Source: Ylistrum balloti (Eukaryota). From it: a stretch of DNA of 64,000 nucleotides. The stretch covers positions 62,001-126,000 of the forward strand of contig NW_026781997.1 in the NCBI RefSeq assembly GCF_031769215.1. Reading direction: 5' to 3'. Below, in pieces: positions 13,060-25,869 of this stretch. Position numbers and translations under genes: made by a program. The notes under the pieces are model-generated. The model was not told the DNA's origin, ran no database searches, and was given only the letters and a program-made list of their open reading frames with translations. Numbering within the stretch: the first letter of the stretch is position 1; every line of letters begins with the position of its first letter.

Positions 13060-13525
13060 GTGGTAGGCACAATATTGGTAGGCAGTTCACAAGAAGCTGA
13101 GGTGGTAGACAGTTCACAAGATGCTGAGGTGGTAGACAACAAATCAGTATGCAGTTCACAAGATTCTGAGGTGGTAGACAACAAACTGGTATGCAGTTCA
13201 CAAGATGCTGAGGTGGTAGACAACAAATCAGTATGCAGTTCACAAGATGCTGAGGTGGTAGGCAGTTCACAAGATGCTGAGGTGGTAGGCAGTTCACAAG
13301 ATGCTGAGGTGGTAGACAGTTCATAAGATGCAGAGGTGGTAGACAACAAATCATTATGCAGTTCACAAGATGCTGAGGTGGTAGGCAGTTCACAAGATGC
13401 TGAAGTGGTAGACAGTTCACAAGATGCTGAGTTTGTAGACAACAAATTGGAATGAAGTTCACAAGATGCTAAGGTGGTAGACAGTTCACAAGATGCTGAG
13501 GTGGTAGACAACAAATCATTATGCA
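13060..13525 (-). repeat. Coding minisatellite, 27-bp and 42-bp units (L(P/S)TTSASCE / LHTDLLSTTSASCE)
   Basis: Repeated CAGTTCACAAGATGCTGAGGTGGTAG(A/G) with an optional 15-bp CAACAAATCAGTATG insert; ORF 12732..13526 is open across it. Confidence 0.95.
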
Positions 13526-13815
13526 AGCAGTGTAACCCTTTGGACTCTTACCTGTTTAGTTATCTCAATATCTACTTTATACTTCTTTAAGAGATACTTG
13601 TTGTTTTTCAGCTTCCCTGAAACAAACAAAATGCACTTTACTAAACTACATAAAACAGACATGGAATTTTCATCAACACAAGGGTTTTTAAATATAACAG
13701 GAGATCCAAGAGTTTTTGAAATAAACTTTTGATAAATCATGGAATATTGTTACATTATTTTGAAATACATATCATGTTACAACAATGTTAATGCTGTACA
13801 TCAACATGTACAAGG

Positions 13816-15443
13816 CTAGTTTGTCATGAACACTATTGCTGTAGTTATCAAAACAATGTCCTGATAGTGCTGGACAGCATGATAATCATGGTTGATATCC
13901 TCTGATATGATAACATCTGACTCACGGACAGTTCTATTTTGGGATTTATAGTAGGACACAATGGGATGGATGGTAATTTGTTCCTTACTGTAATACACCG
14001 ATTTGATTTCATCCTGGTATTTTACCTCCCGGTTTCTTGCGAAGTCCATTACTTGCAATAGGCAGTTTTCAGGCAGGTTCTGTTTGATGGAAGTAAACTG
14101 CATAGTTTGCCAATTGGCAGTGTTCAAGTGTTGAAAAAAGATGTTCCTGACGTTGGCTCCTCAATGTCTTTAAGGAATTCTTCGAGCAGTTCATGTTTCT
14201 GTCCTTGTCTTGTAGTGAGGATACTTTTTTTCTTTTTCTCAATTTCAGTGTAGGTCCATCTACTCCAGGTCAATAGCGTCTCATCTGAGATCTCTTGATG
14301 AAAAGTATTAAGCTTTTGTTTTCTGGTTTCCCTCGGACCACATGTTTTACATGTTCCATTTATACAATCCATCTTGAAGAACCTCTCTGCATCTGACTTA
14401 GGACAAAGCAACATCTCGCATATTTTACCTTCGGAGGTAACTTTGGATTCTCTTTTTACGTGTCGACTTAATGTCAGCATTTTCTTTCGTATGTTTATGC
14501 AATATACACAACAAAATAATTCTGTTGTACAATGCCGGACACTGTCACTTGCATCAAGTAACCTGGACCAGCGTTTGTAGTTTAATGCTTCTGGGGCACA
14601 ACTCTATAAATATCCTCCGAAAGTAGAACTTCTTGATAGTTTCATTTACAGCATTGCACCTCTTACCTTTAGTGACCTTTTTCTGATTTAAACTGATTGT
14701 TCTTCTGTTCATTTCCAGTTTCTTCGCAACAAATCTTCTACTCTTGTTTTTATACTGCCTGGCTACTTCTTTCAGTGCTGATTTACCTTTTAGTGTTTTT
14801 TTTAAGGGTTTTTATCAATAATTCTTCATCATTTTTGACTGAGATTGTTTCAATCACTGCCTTCTTGTGTGGAGAGAGATTTTTTTGTAAATTGTCCAAC
14901 ACTTTCACAAACTTCCTTGGTGATGATGGGAAAGCCTGTCTGACTTTTGAAGTTACATTCCACTCAGTTTTCTTTGAAGAAAATGGTGTTTTTTCTATGT
15001 TTGTTAATGAGGTTTCAAGTTTTCGTTTTGTGTTAGTGATCTGTTGTCTTTTGACTCTTTTTATTTCTCGGTCTTTCTTTTTTATCCAATGTTTCTTCTG
15101 TACAGACATTCTGGCACGGGATTCTTGTTTTTTGATACGATTATATTCCTTTTTAGATTTAATACTCTTTCTTGTCTGTATAACAACTTTTGGGGATTTT
15201 GACTTTGAAACTTTCATTTGATATTCACCTGGATGGTCTTGGTCTCTGTTCTTCTTTTTTTCCATGTATCTCTTTTGCCGCTCCCTCTGCTTTTCCAACA
15301 TTCTTGCCTTTTTTTCCAATGCATGTGTGTCTTTCTTTAAAACTCTTTCTTTCAGGTGATCTCTTGCTTTTTTTCATCTTTCTGTTTTTTCAGGTATAAA
15401 TCATAGTTTGGATTTTGTTTCCGGCTCCGGATTCCTGATTCAC
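13816..15443 (-). pseudogene. Degenerate DDE DNA-transposon transposase, tentatively Sola(2)-like
   Basis: Fragments 14783..15319 (basic coiled region, 'PSSPRK'), 14124..14480 ('CINGTCKTC', 'WSRW') and 13816..14127 ('VMDFARN', 'QDEIKSVYY..QITIHP', 'ISEDINHD'). C-terminal part missing. Family name is from memory of motifs. Confidence 0.6.
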
Positions 15444-16120
15444 CTTAAAAAAAAGAAGAGTTAATGTCAGTGTTATGCCGTACGAATTGAGAACAAACAA
15501 CTCTGCATAAAGTGTCACCATGTATTAATCAAAATGCGGTGAAAACCTACAATCAAAACAGAACAAATACTTACAAATGGAATGACAATACAAATTCATA
15601 TGACGTACAATTATAGAAACCGTATACGTATGACGTACCCGGAGATATGACGCTAAATACCAGTTTAACTTATTGCCACAAACCAGACTTCCAAATCGTT
15701 TTAACCGATGGAATATAACTAAATTAACACCAGAAAATCCACAAATGTTGTCAAACGATAAATCAAATTGGCGTCAAATCATCGGCCATGCCATACCACA
15801 AACCTACACAAAATATTTAACCTGTCTATATTAATGCACCAACTCAAGAATATCAAGATGAAATATCAGTTAAATGTCTCACATTATTTTATAACTATCA
15901 TCTATAATTGACTAGAATGCGTAATGAAAGGTATTTATATACACATAACGCCATGTAACCAAAGTTGTTGAAACCAAAAGTACACTGGATTCCGAGAAAT
16001 TCAAAGTTTATCGATAGCATGTGTTTACAAATATTTTGACCATAATCAAACCTAATATGCATAGACTACACTATGACAGTCAATCATTAACATAGATAAC
16101 ACGTAATGCCATTTACTTAC

Positions 16121-16213
16121 AGAGTGTGAGCCACTAGACTGCCAGAAATCTTTGTTAAATGCCATATACAAATGTATCCTGTGCGAGCACGCCGCAACTA
16201 TGGGTGCCGCCAT
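16121..16213 (-). CDS. Putative first exon (MAAPIVAACSHR...GSHS) of the YR1 unit
   Basis: ATGGCG start, 31 open codons, strong GTAAGT donor, CpG-containing upstream region. The link to YR1 is inferred; its phase does not match exon 13616 directly. Confidence 0.45.
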
Positions 16214-16439
16214 TGCCTAACCTGTTTATCCAAAAACACGAGGAGGCCCAACTAGTCGATAAGATAAACCAAAACAATCGCCAAACTAGGCGATAAGTGT
16301 CAATTAACTAAAAATGGTCAAATATCACAAATTATCCAAATTAACAAAAGAACATTAATCTAAACACCAATTAATCTTATATTTTAACAGAACAGTCAGA
16401 GACACAGATTTATTTACATGATAGGTTATATTCACTATC

Positions 16440-16740
16440 AATTCCATTGTCAAGGTTAAGGTTTTGTATAAATATTGTCAATTTCCCTTTTATGCACAGT
16501 TATATCCCTGCTTCCCCTACCCATGATGTCTCCATGTCCCCAGTTGATCGGATATTCATGGGCTTGTACTAGATATCATGAGTTTTACATAAGATCTAGA
16601 CAGCTGGTAAACAAACTCATGTGGCAGCATGATGAAGATTATAAGAAAATTTTATGGTCGCTACCACAATTTTGTTAGGAAATGTTCTGTTTCCTTGAAC
16701 GACATGAGGTCAGACATTTTTTAGACCATATTTTTGAATG
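16440..16740 (+). mobile_element. 3' fragment of a non-LTR/Penelope-like retroelement RT (C-terminal region)
   Basis: Degenerate 'IVNFPFMHS', 'PQLIGYSWAC..Y.EF..R.RQLVNKL..Q', 'RKFYGRYHNFV', resembling the SQLIRY.RAC / KFYGRY tail of abundant mollusc retroelements. Confidence 0.6.
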
Positions 16741-19700
16741 GCTTTAGTCCATTTGATCACACACTTTGTGGTAAGAGGTGGGCATAACAACTAGTGTTGT
16801 TTCGATTAATCAAGTTCATTGAGGATCACTTATCCGAGATGCTTGATCAATTTATTAAGTAAGAAATCTGTAAAAGATTTTCATAAAAAATACTTGACAT
16901 CGTGATGTAAGAAAATAAATTATTTCAACATTGAAATTATTTTCAACATTAATAAAATTATTGAAAAGTATTCTGTGCAATTTACTTAATAACAAGCACA
17001 CAAAAAGATGGTTTAAGTACACAACAGTTGTCGTAATTAATAAAAATGCAGTTAAAACATTTCACATAATACATATTTAGACTTGAATAATATCCAAAAC
17101 AGACTTTAATCGATAATCCGTCAGTTACACAAAGTTGATGATTGATCAGGAAATTTCAACAGATTCCTAGTACTAATAACAACACTGTTATACGGTATAT
17201 ATCAATTTATATATAAAGACCTTTAAACTTGAATTGACCTACATGTAGCTATCCACGGTCTACATGAGGGTGTCATTGATGTAGCAGAAGACGCTTAAAC
17301 ACTTCAGGAACACATGGATCTTATTCTTGTACTTTTTTCAGGGACTCTCCAAGTAGAGCTTGCCTTTGTTTTGATGTTGCCCTTGATTTAATGGTGATTA
17401 ATTGAGTTTGAATTATGATTTTGTTAGCATGTTGGTATGGTATTTGTTCTCATTTACAAAGGCTTTAAAAACCTCAAGCAATATTAAAACCTTAAAAGTG
17501 AAGTTGATAGTAAAGAAACTGGAACATTAATCTGATTGTTTCTTAATGTTTTGTTGATCTTTTGAAAATTATGATAATTGGTCACTAACAACAGAATTCC
17601 TTTTTAATAGTAGGGTCAGAATACCAAAAAATTAAAACAAATTGAAAATATTTTTAACTTTGCTTAATTTCTAAATTTCACAGAAAGTACGTACTCCATC
17701 ATTATAAACAGTTTATGACAAAATTGACTGAGAGATTTGTAAAAAAAAGGATCTTCATTGTTTTGACAATGTTTTGTCAAACTTGAGTATTTTTTCTCAT
17801 AAATGTTCGTCTGAACATGCAGTTTTCCGTGTGGGAAATTTGAATTTCTGTACATCATTATTTTGTTGCATGTTACTGTTTCGCATACTTTTTTTCATTT
17901 CTGTGGGTTTTTTTTCTTCTTCTTTTTTGGAATATTCCACTTGAGTTTATTTATCAGCAATGGACATGAGGTAGACAGATGAAACTTGTTTATTCAAAAT
18001 GCATAAAACTAATTCAAGTTTCATTGAGTAAACATTACATTCATTTTTTATTATACTGTACATGTAGAAATAGAATTTGTGGAATGTTCCAATTTTGTAC
18101 ACTGTAAAATATTATCAGTGAGATTACACCAAAAAAGGTGGCAACTCTAAAGGTTGAAGTTTACACCACGTCACATAACACCAAAAATGGTGTTAACTGG
18201 TTATTGCAGCTGTACACTTAATTTAGATTTATGTAACACCATCTTCAGTGTTTACATACACCAGATATGGATTTATGTAACACCCTCTTTTGTGTAGATA
18301 AATATGTACACCAGACACTGATTTACAGAACTCCTCTTCAGTGTAGAAATACACCAGATAAAGGTTTATGTAACACCCCTTTTCTTGATTTGGTTCTAAA
18401 TACACTCGATTACTTGTATTAGAACACTGCATTATGTATATTTATTTGTACACTCTATTTGAACCAATAAAAAAGTACACTAATGAGTTATCAAATTGCA
18501 CTAGATAAAGATGTGCTGCCTGACAACAGAAAAAAAAACAAATATGCTAATACAATGTTATTATCAAACAATATTCCAACTGTATATGTTCTGATAAGCA
18601 ATGTTTGATGTTATATATAATTATTATGAATATTGCTGTATCATTATCCTAAAAGCTATTAGCATTGAGCAAGTAATAATGGTCATCTAGAGTCATTACA
18701 TGATAACTACAGTGTACTGTATGTGTAAAGTTGGTTGTTTTGTTCCTGCCTTCCAATCCATAAACATCAATGACAAATACAGAATATAATTACACATATT
18801 TATTACAAATCAAAATTCAATTACTGAATCATAATTTCAAAAAATAAAACAGGAAATTGTACCTTTCATCTTCTCTTAAATTCGACTTTCAATTGTATTA
18901 CAACACATTTGATTTCCAGTATCTTGGACATTTTCTCCAATTAAATCAAAATGATATTCAAAACTTTCAACAGAATGTAATTTCCTTGTATTTTATAGTT
19001 CATTATTCAAATCTTTTATAACAAGAGGCACAAAAGCCAATATGGTCACCCAAGTTCTACAAAATGAAATTTATCCTGGAGAATAATATCACAAAATTAC
19101 TACAAACACAAAATTCAATTCTTGAATTATCATTGCAAAATAAAAATCACACATTAAATTGTATCTTAATTGATTTTTAACACATCTGATATTTGGTATC
19201 CACATTTCTATCAATATGACATTCATTTATCAACCTAGCATCTGCATGTAATCAGCTTGTATTAAAACTATTTAGTCCATTATTCAAATATTTAACAACA
19301 AGAAGCACATTTCACTATTGGATAGAATTATGCAGCTAACAGACCCAGTCTAATATTTTTGGAAACTAAAATCAGCACATTATATAAACAAGTGAAAAGT
19401 TTTCACTGGAATAAACTGCCATTATTATGTTAACATCCTATAGTTTTTCAATGCAATCAGGCTAACGTTTTTACTTTTAAAGTCAAATAAAATGAAATAT
19501 TAGATCTATGTCAAAAGACCTTTTCTTCTCATATCTGAAAACATCTATCATTATTAAATATTCAGATTCTTTGTAGTATTTTGGTACCAAAATTAACTAA
19601 GATTACTTCATCAATTGTCCTATGGCCTATAATGCATACCCAAGCATGTTACTTTAGAAACTTAAAATTCTTCATGATGTAGAGCTTAAACAATAAAAAA

Positions 19701-20347
19701 CAACAAACAGCCTGGTGTTGGCATATTTAAAGGAGTTAAGGAATTATACATGTATACACTGGTGAAAAGCATTGATCGGTGAAAGATATTTCACATCAGA
19801 TCGTAATTTTGTTTCCAGAACAATAAAAAATGTCCACAAAACAAAATTCAATAAAATCAATTTATATCAGAAATCTCAAAATTGAGATAAATGAAACAAT
19901 AAAGCAAGTACAAAGTTACCATTGTACATGTTAGTCAACATACAATACTGGTATACAGTAACTGTATCCATTTAACATTTGTTGAGCCTTATATAAACTT
20001 TAATAAAAATGCACATTGTATCACAAAAATACATTCATAATAACTGCACCTGGCATGAATATCAACAGAAAATAAAAGGCAGATGGACAGAGAAGAAAAC
20101 TTCAGTGCCTAAGTTGGGGATTAAAATATCACATGATACCAGATTATTGAACCACAAGGCTTATCCCAGTTTTTAAAAGACAAACTGTTAAACTTGAATA
20201 AAATGCTTGAGGATATACTTAATCCATCTCACATATTTATAAAAAAAAATATATTCATTACAATTATTACACTTTCCAAGTGCTAAATTTTGATCAATTT
20301 CAATTTGAATAGTCTTGTGTCATTTAACTTCCAATTTAACACCTTCT

Positions 20348-21951
20348 TTACGTTATCCAATAGCTAGGGTAAACAGAAATCATGGTCTCATTATACTCCT
20401 GGCGTAAAGACCTATATTCTGCCTCTAGAAAATCTTCTGTATAAACACTCAGGGAGATAGAGACAAGACTGTCAGACAATTTTTCTAGCAACATTCTCAA
20501 CTCATCTGGCCAGAACTTTATTCCAGCACAGTCCAAGTGGCCAATACCTTGAGGCATAATGGCACATATGTATGTTGCAGTAAGCTGTGTATATGAAATA
20601 TCAAGAATGAACAAGTTTCTCAATTTGCTCAATACAGTGAAATCTTCATTACATAAATTGGCACAGCTTGACAACAGAGGGTGTGAAGGTTTTCCATGTT
20701 CACAAGAAAGCTTAAGGTTGACAAGCACACACCATGTAAATCTAACCACACAATGTATTTTGCCTTTGAAAGACCAATGGTGAGATATAAGTCTAATTCA
20801 GGTACCGAATGGTTCCACACCAAAAAAGGCAATTCTACACAATGAAAAATGTGCGCATGTTTCATCACCATTTGTAATGTTTCTGGGGAAAATGTCAGAG
20901 GTTCCTCATCGTTAAGTAAGTCTTCTCCTGGAAAATGGCGCCATAATGTGGAGTTTTCATGGACAATTTTGTGGAATAAGCTGCATACTGGGGTGACATT
21001 TCTTATTAACTCTACAAGGCCAAGGTTGCGGAATATCAATACCAGGATTTCACTAGGTAGCTCACAGATGTTTCTTTGGGTTACCTGAAAGCAAATTTAA
21101 TATTAAATACAATTTAAAATTTGGCATTTATTATCAAGTAACAAGAATTCCACGGAAGTGGATGTGTTGCCTACAGAGCAAGGTGAGAAAGCACCATGTG
21201 AAGTTTGAAGTTGATTGCCTAAAAGGAACTTAAGTTATCGCGAAAAACCTCCTTTTCTATTTATAGTAACAGTCACCTTGACCTTTGACATTTGGACCTG
21301 AATAGCAAGCATGAACTTTGGTGAGGAACCAGGTTATGAAGTTTTAAGCTGGTGAGCCACAGGGAACTTAAGTTATCATGAAAAAACTTATTTTCTATTC
21401 ATAGTAACAGTGACCTTGACTTTTGACCCTTGGAGCTGAAAAACAATCCCAAGCAAACACTTTTGGTGAGGAAGCACCATGTGAAGTTTGAAGTTTAGGG
21501 AGAATAAACTAAAGGCTGCTTTCCCCAGGGGAATTTTTATGTATTTTCCTAATTTCATGTTCATATTTTCCCAATCAGAAATTAAAATGTCCCTTTACAT
21601 CAGTTGATATGAAGAACTATGTCCTATGTTCAACAACTTGCAGCAATACCGTAACACATGGTGATGCCAGGGTAACAACATAGCTCCCTCTCTCTACCGG
21701 AGGTGAACTAAAATTTATACCATTCTGGCCCTGCCACCTGGACTATCAAAACCCTATTATTTTCTTGCATGAGTTATATATTTTTTGTTTGTGTGTGCTC
21801 AACCTTGGAGTTTGCTGATTACTTTCAACAAATACTTATACAAGTGTATAAATAAAGATTTACTCAAATGTATATATTATATACTTACATCTTTGTGGTT
21901 TTCTTTAGTTTCTCCATGAGAGAGATGGTTTTCCTTGTTGGCTTGGTGCAT
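20348..21951 (-). pseudogene. F-box/leucine-rich-repeat protein carried inside the CACTA element (one frameshift)
   Basis: Exon 21951-21889 (MHQANK...HKD, GTAAGT donor) splices in frame to 21084 'VTQRNICELPSEILVLIFRNLGLVELIRNVTPVCSLFHKIV...LWRH' (F-box). LRR-like 'WLDLHGVCLSTL', 'NLHTL-LSSCANL', 'LRNLFILDISYTQL'. One-base frameshift near 20675. Confidence 0.85.
21140..21720 (+). repeat. AACAAG-headed Helentron/HINE-type repeat in the F-box intron
   Basis: Internal ~120-bp degenerate tandem units (GCACCATGTGAAGTTTGAAGTT; GGAACTTAAGTTATC; TGACCTTGAC); ends AGCTCCC...GAGGTGAACTAAAA. Confidence 0.6.
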
Positions 21952-24109
21952 TTTAAATGAAAGAAGTTTTCAATCATGCAGAATGTATTTTGAACTTCCT
22001 TTTTGTATTTGATGTTTAAAATGAAAAAAATATGACATCAGAAGGTAAATACTCTCAACAACATCATCCGAGTCCGAAAGGAATTCTCTTTCTCCTGTAA
22101 TGTAGCATGTACAATTTCGAGAGTGGAAGTCCCCCACAACTACAAGTACTGGAGCTCCTGTTTTCTTAAGGCTTTCTTTGTCTGTAGATTCCTTTAAAAA
22201 AGAAAATTAAAAGTTTAAGATAAGTTAAAGCTACCACATAAATCTAAAGTTGTTACGAAAATAAAGCAACTGAATGAAGCAATACTTGTAACAATGATAC
22301 CTGTAAACACTCTAGTGATATAAGCTATTATGTGCTAGATCTACCATATTAGATTCCGATTATTTTCACCACTCAACTGTACTTCTACAATTGTTACAGC
22401 AATAACTAAACATTAATCAGCCAATCATCGACATTAATCAGCCAATCAACTTAGAGAATAAGGAGCCTAATCAAGCCATTTGTTTAAATAATTAAAATCC
22501 AAATATTATCTATATCATTATAAAGTAAAACACTATTTCAACAAGCACAAATTTCTATCAATATTGATGGTCTTACTCTTCAATTGTCAAGAATTATCCG
22601 TTTCAAGAAAAAGCTTTTTAATGGGAAGATAACAGACATTAAACCAAAGAAGAGATATACACTGATAATATGCTTGGTCTAAATCAAATTTGTTGTGACA
22701 AAATTACAGGACTTCATAATTTCAAGCTCTTGACAGATTCGTAATGACCTTTCTCATTGACAGGGAACAGATAATATGCATCTTGCATGTTCCTCTTAGA
22801 GTTAGTATACATATAGTATCAAACTTACTGGAACAACAGTCAAAAACTCAGCAAAATCCTCATCCAGAAGATCTGGAAGGAGACGAAGGCCTGCAATGGA
22901 CTGGTTGTAATGAACATCTCTTCCCAGAATATTTGGATCAGACTCCAATTTCTCCTTCAATTCAAGAAGAACAAGTGTCATGTGGGATGATTTCTTTTTA
23001 CGTTCTTTTGCAAGCGATATCAATGCTATAGCATACTTGTGGACATTTTCCATGAATGCATCTCTGCAGTCATTTCCCATCAGACGTTTCATTTCATGTT
23101 GCACCTCCTGGTTTTCTTGAAGAGCAGGATAGCCTGATATAATATCAGCTATAGATGGACCGGAATTGATAAATGACCTGCGAAAGGCATAGGTCTCTTC
23201 CATCAAATCAGTAACTAATTTTTTGTCTCGGAGAACCTTTTTCATTTCATCTTTAAGTATTCCAGCCTTTTTTTTATAATCAACTACATTTTTATCACAC
23301 ACTGAAGGTGCCCAATTGATACCACGTGCACTGTAAGTTTGACGATTTGCAGATGATTCATTTGGCATTTTTTCTCTTGGAGTTTCACTAGGAGATTGCA
23401 CCTCTGTCAACTTCCTTTTTGATTTCCTTACAGTTACTTCAGGAGCTGAACATTTTCTTCTAAAATTCTTCAACTGGTTGCGAACAGATTCTTTCCAACC
23501 GTCATATCCACTACCAATAGTTTCTCTCAAGTATGGGAATGTACGAATGATGCATAAGCCAACCTCTTGAAGTTGAGCACTGGTTGGGTAGTACGTATAT
23601 TCCAGAATAGAAGTTGTCACCATTTGTACAAACTCGTGTTTTAATGACCAACTTAAGTCTTTTTTGGACTTAAGTGCAACTTGCAAAGTTTGTGAAAAAT
23701 TTTGTGTGGGCAGGGAATATACCAATGGCCACTGCTTAAAATTACTGGAATCCACACTTGATGAACAGCTACTGGTAGATGCAATTGGACTCAAGTCCAA
23801 TGAACTGCCACTGCTACTACACTGAGAAATGTTATCAACAAAACTGTCATTTTCTGATGAACTGGCAATGCTCACAGGTGTAGAAATCTGCAGACATTTC
23901 AGTTTGTCTTTGTGCCTAACTGGTGTTTCCTCTGTTACTTCGAAGTCAACATATTGTTCCCAGTCCTGGTCATAACGTTGAAGAATCAGTTTTGAAGTTC
24001 CTAAATTGAATGCATCTGCTACTTTCTTGTTGATGTCATCTCCTTCATTTAATCTCAACACTTTGTTAGATAAACCAAAAGAAACTAACACATCAACTGG
24101 GGTACCCAT
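21885..24109 (-). CDS. EnSpm second protein (SAMD3-like, lacking a SAM domain)
   Basis: Exons 24109-22829 and 22191-21885, joined in phase 0 by GT-AG. Motifs 'ILQRYDQDWEQYVD', 'WPLVYSLP', 'YTYYPTS', 'SGYDGWKESVRNQLKNFRRK'. Tail 'YFFILNIKYKKEVQNTFCMIE' needs a one-base fix in a T-run near 22030. Confidence 0.82.
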
Positions 24110-25869
24110 GTCTGAAAAAAAACAAAGGGTACTTCACCACTGACACAATACTTTTTCACAAGCAGTCGATATACATTCAAATCTTCGTAAAATGGCATAC
24201 CATTAGTAACAGCAATCACAAATATAGTCAAAATTTAAACAATTTCTTGTATTTAAACAATACGTTATGACATGTTAGAAGCTGTGATGTTCTTTGAAAT
24301 TATGTAAGTACATGTATCAATTGCAAATTTGACAAGTACATTTCATGTATTGTTAAACAAAACCATACTGAACAATCTGGATACCTTTTCTTACATTGAC
24401 CATCATCATTTCACAGGAATACACCTGGAGGTTTTATTCATTTAGGATCTTGCACCAGCATAATATGGAACTTAATTATCATGCTTTCTGAATACACAGT
24501 AATGGACCTTCATTAACATGCTTTCTGAATGATACAGTGCCTTTTTAAATAAACTTTTCTAACTGAAATCAATTGAGTATATCTTAGTCCAATAGAATCC
24601 AAGGGTCAGATGACAATAAACTGAGCTGTAAGACATTAAGTCAGAATCATATCCCAACACTTCATGTGTACAGGTTATCTACCAATCAGAAATGTGTACA
24701 TGTTGCAAAAAAAAAAAAAAGATTTTTCTCACTTAGAAATACAACAAAACATCATTCAGCATGAAGAAACTCCATATTACACAGATACAAACAAGATATT
24801 TAAGACACGCAAATAGGTCAGTTACTTTTCAGAAAAAATGTACATGAAATTGAAAAATTCATGAATAAAGGTAACTATGCAAACTGTAGTATTACAGAAA
24901 TAACTAAAAACTTGTTCTGGTGAACAAAACACACATCTCCTCTGTTTTTAGTAGGATGAGTGTGATTTGATATAATGTGAGCTCAACATCAAACCATCAG
25001 TAACTGTGCCCAGCAGAGGATAAAAATATTTACATTATAATTCAACAAATACTATGAAAGGTAACTTATGGCATAAAATAATAATCCAGGTGTATTATGG
25101 CAATAACAGTTGAGACCCTGAACTCTGCAGTTATTAGCCAATAATTAATATAAGGAAACTTTGCATGCATTGCTCACCAAGGACAATAACTCTGAAATCC
25201 AAAACATAACTTATTTCAACTGGAGTATGAAAGGCTTCCAAGTTGGGATATGCCTTATAAATTTCACCTTTATTTTTACACATAGACTTTAAGGTTACCA
25301 AATGCAGTCCCAAATGGTATTACAGTGTACATCAGCTTTAGGGAATAAAGATGCACAGTAACTTTCATTAAGAATATCATGTAAGTTTTGAGGTTAAGGC
25401 CGAAACAAAAAACTCTTGTAAAAAGTCTTTTTTTTACCTTGAACCTCAAGGTCAAAGGAATCTAAAAGTAGTACACCACACACCGGCTTCAGGCGATGTA
25501 CCCATATTTCAAGATTTATTAAGATATCTTTAAGGGTTTACTAGCAGTTATGGCCAGGATAAGATTACTAGAATATCAAGAACAAGAACCAGGAACTGAA
25601 AAAATGTCTCCATTCATTCAAAGGGTAGACATAATTACAACTATGAAATTGGAAGCACTGACACATATGTATGATATGCCCATCATAGCCCTTGCAGAAA
25701 TTTACACAGATTAATTTAAAGCAGCAATGTCAAATGTAAATGCAAAACAGGTTAAATAATATTCTAAACTGTAAGAGTAGACTAGTTGTGCACAAAATGG
25801 CAAAAACTTCATATCAATACCCAAGACTGGCAACTAACGAAAGGTTTAATGCGGAAAGTTGAGAATATA

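Larger units (their letters stand above)
7150..13616 (-). pseudogene. YR1: multi-exon tyrosine recombinase (Crypton-like YR transposase), disabled
   Basis: GT-AG exons 13616-11262, 10353-10230, 9982-9859, 9616-9498, 9102-8905, ~8363-8227, 7371-~7150. Motifs 'YNRRRPGE' (R), 'NRGK' (K), 'GTNMRR' (R), 'DHLGHTLDVHRIHY' (H and Tyr at 9022-9024). Lesions: frameshift ~12740, TAA 12428-12430, TGA 9597-9599, indels in A-runs. Confidence 0.88.

Noticed and set aside
13055-13462. Alternative-frame ORFs over the minisatellites (13055..13462, 13060..13326, 39718..39900, 39745..40092, 39755..40063)
   Set aside because: Open only because the repeat period is a multiple of three.
17220-17520. Missing terminal exons of YR2 or YR3 displaced left of the CACTA
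   Set aside because: A coding-like minus frame exists but lacks the MRK, GH..VH..Y or terminal-domain motifs and has several stops.
22802-24109. Host SAMD3 orthologue
   Set aside because: No SAM domain; it lies between CACTA TIRs next to the transposase, as expected for the EnSpm second ORF.
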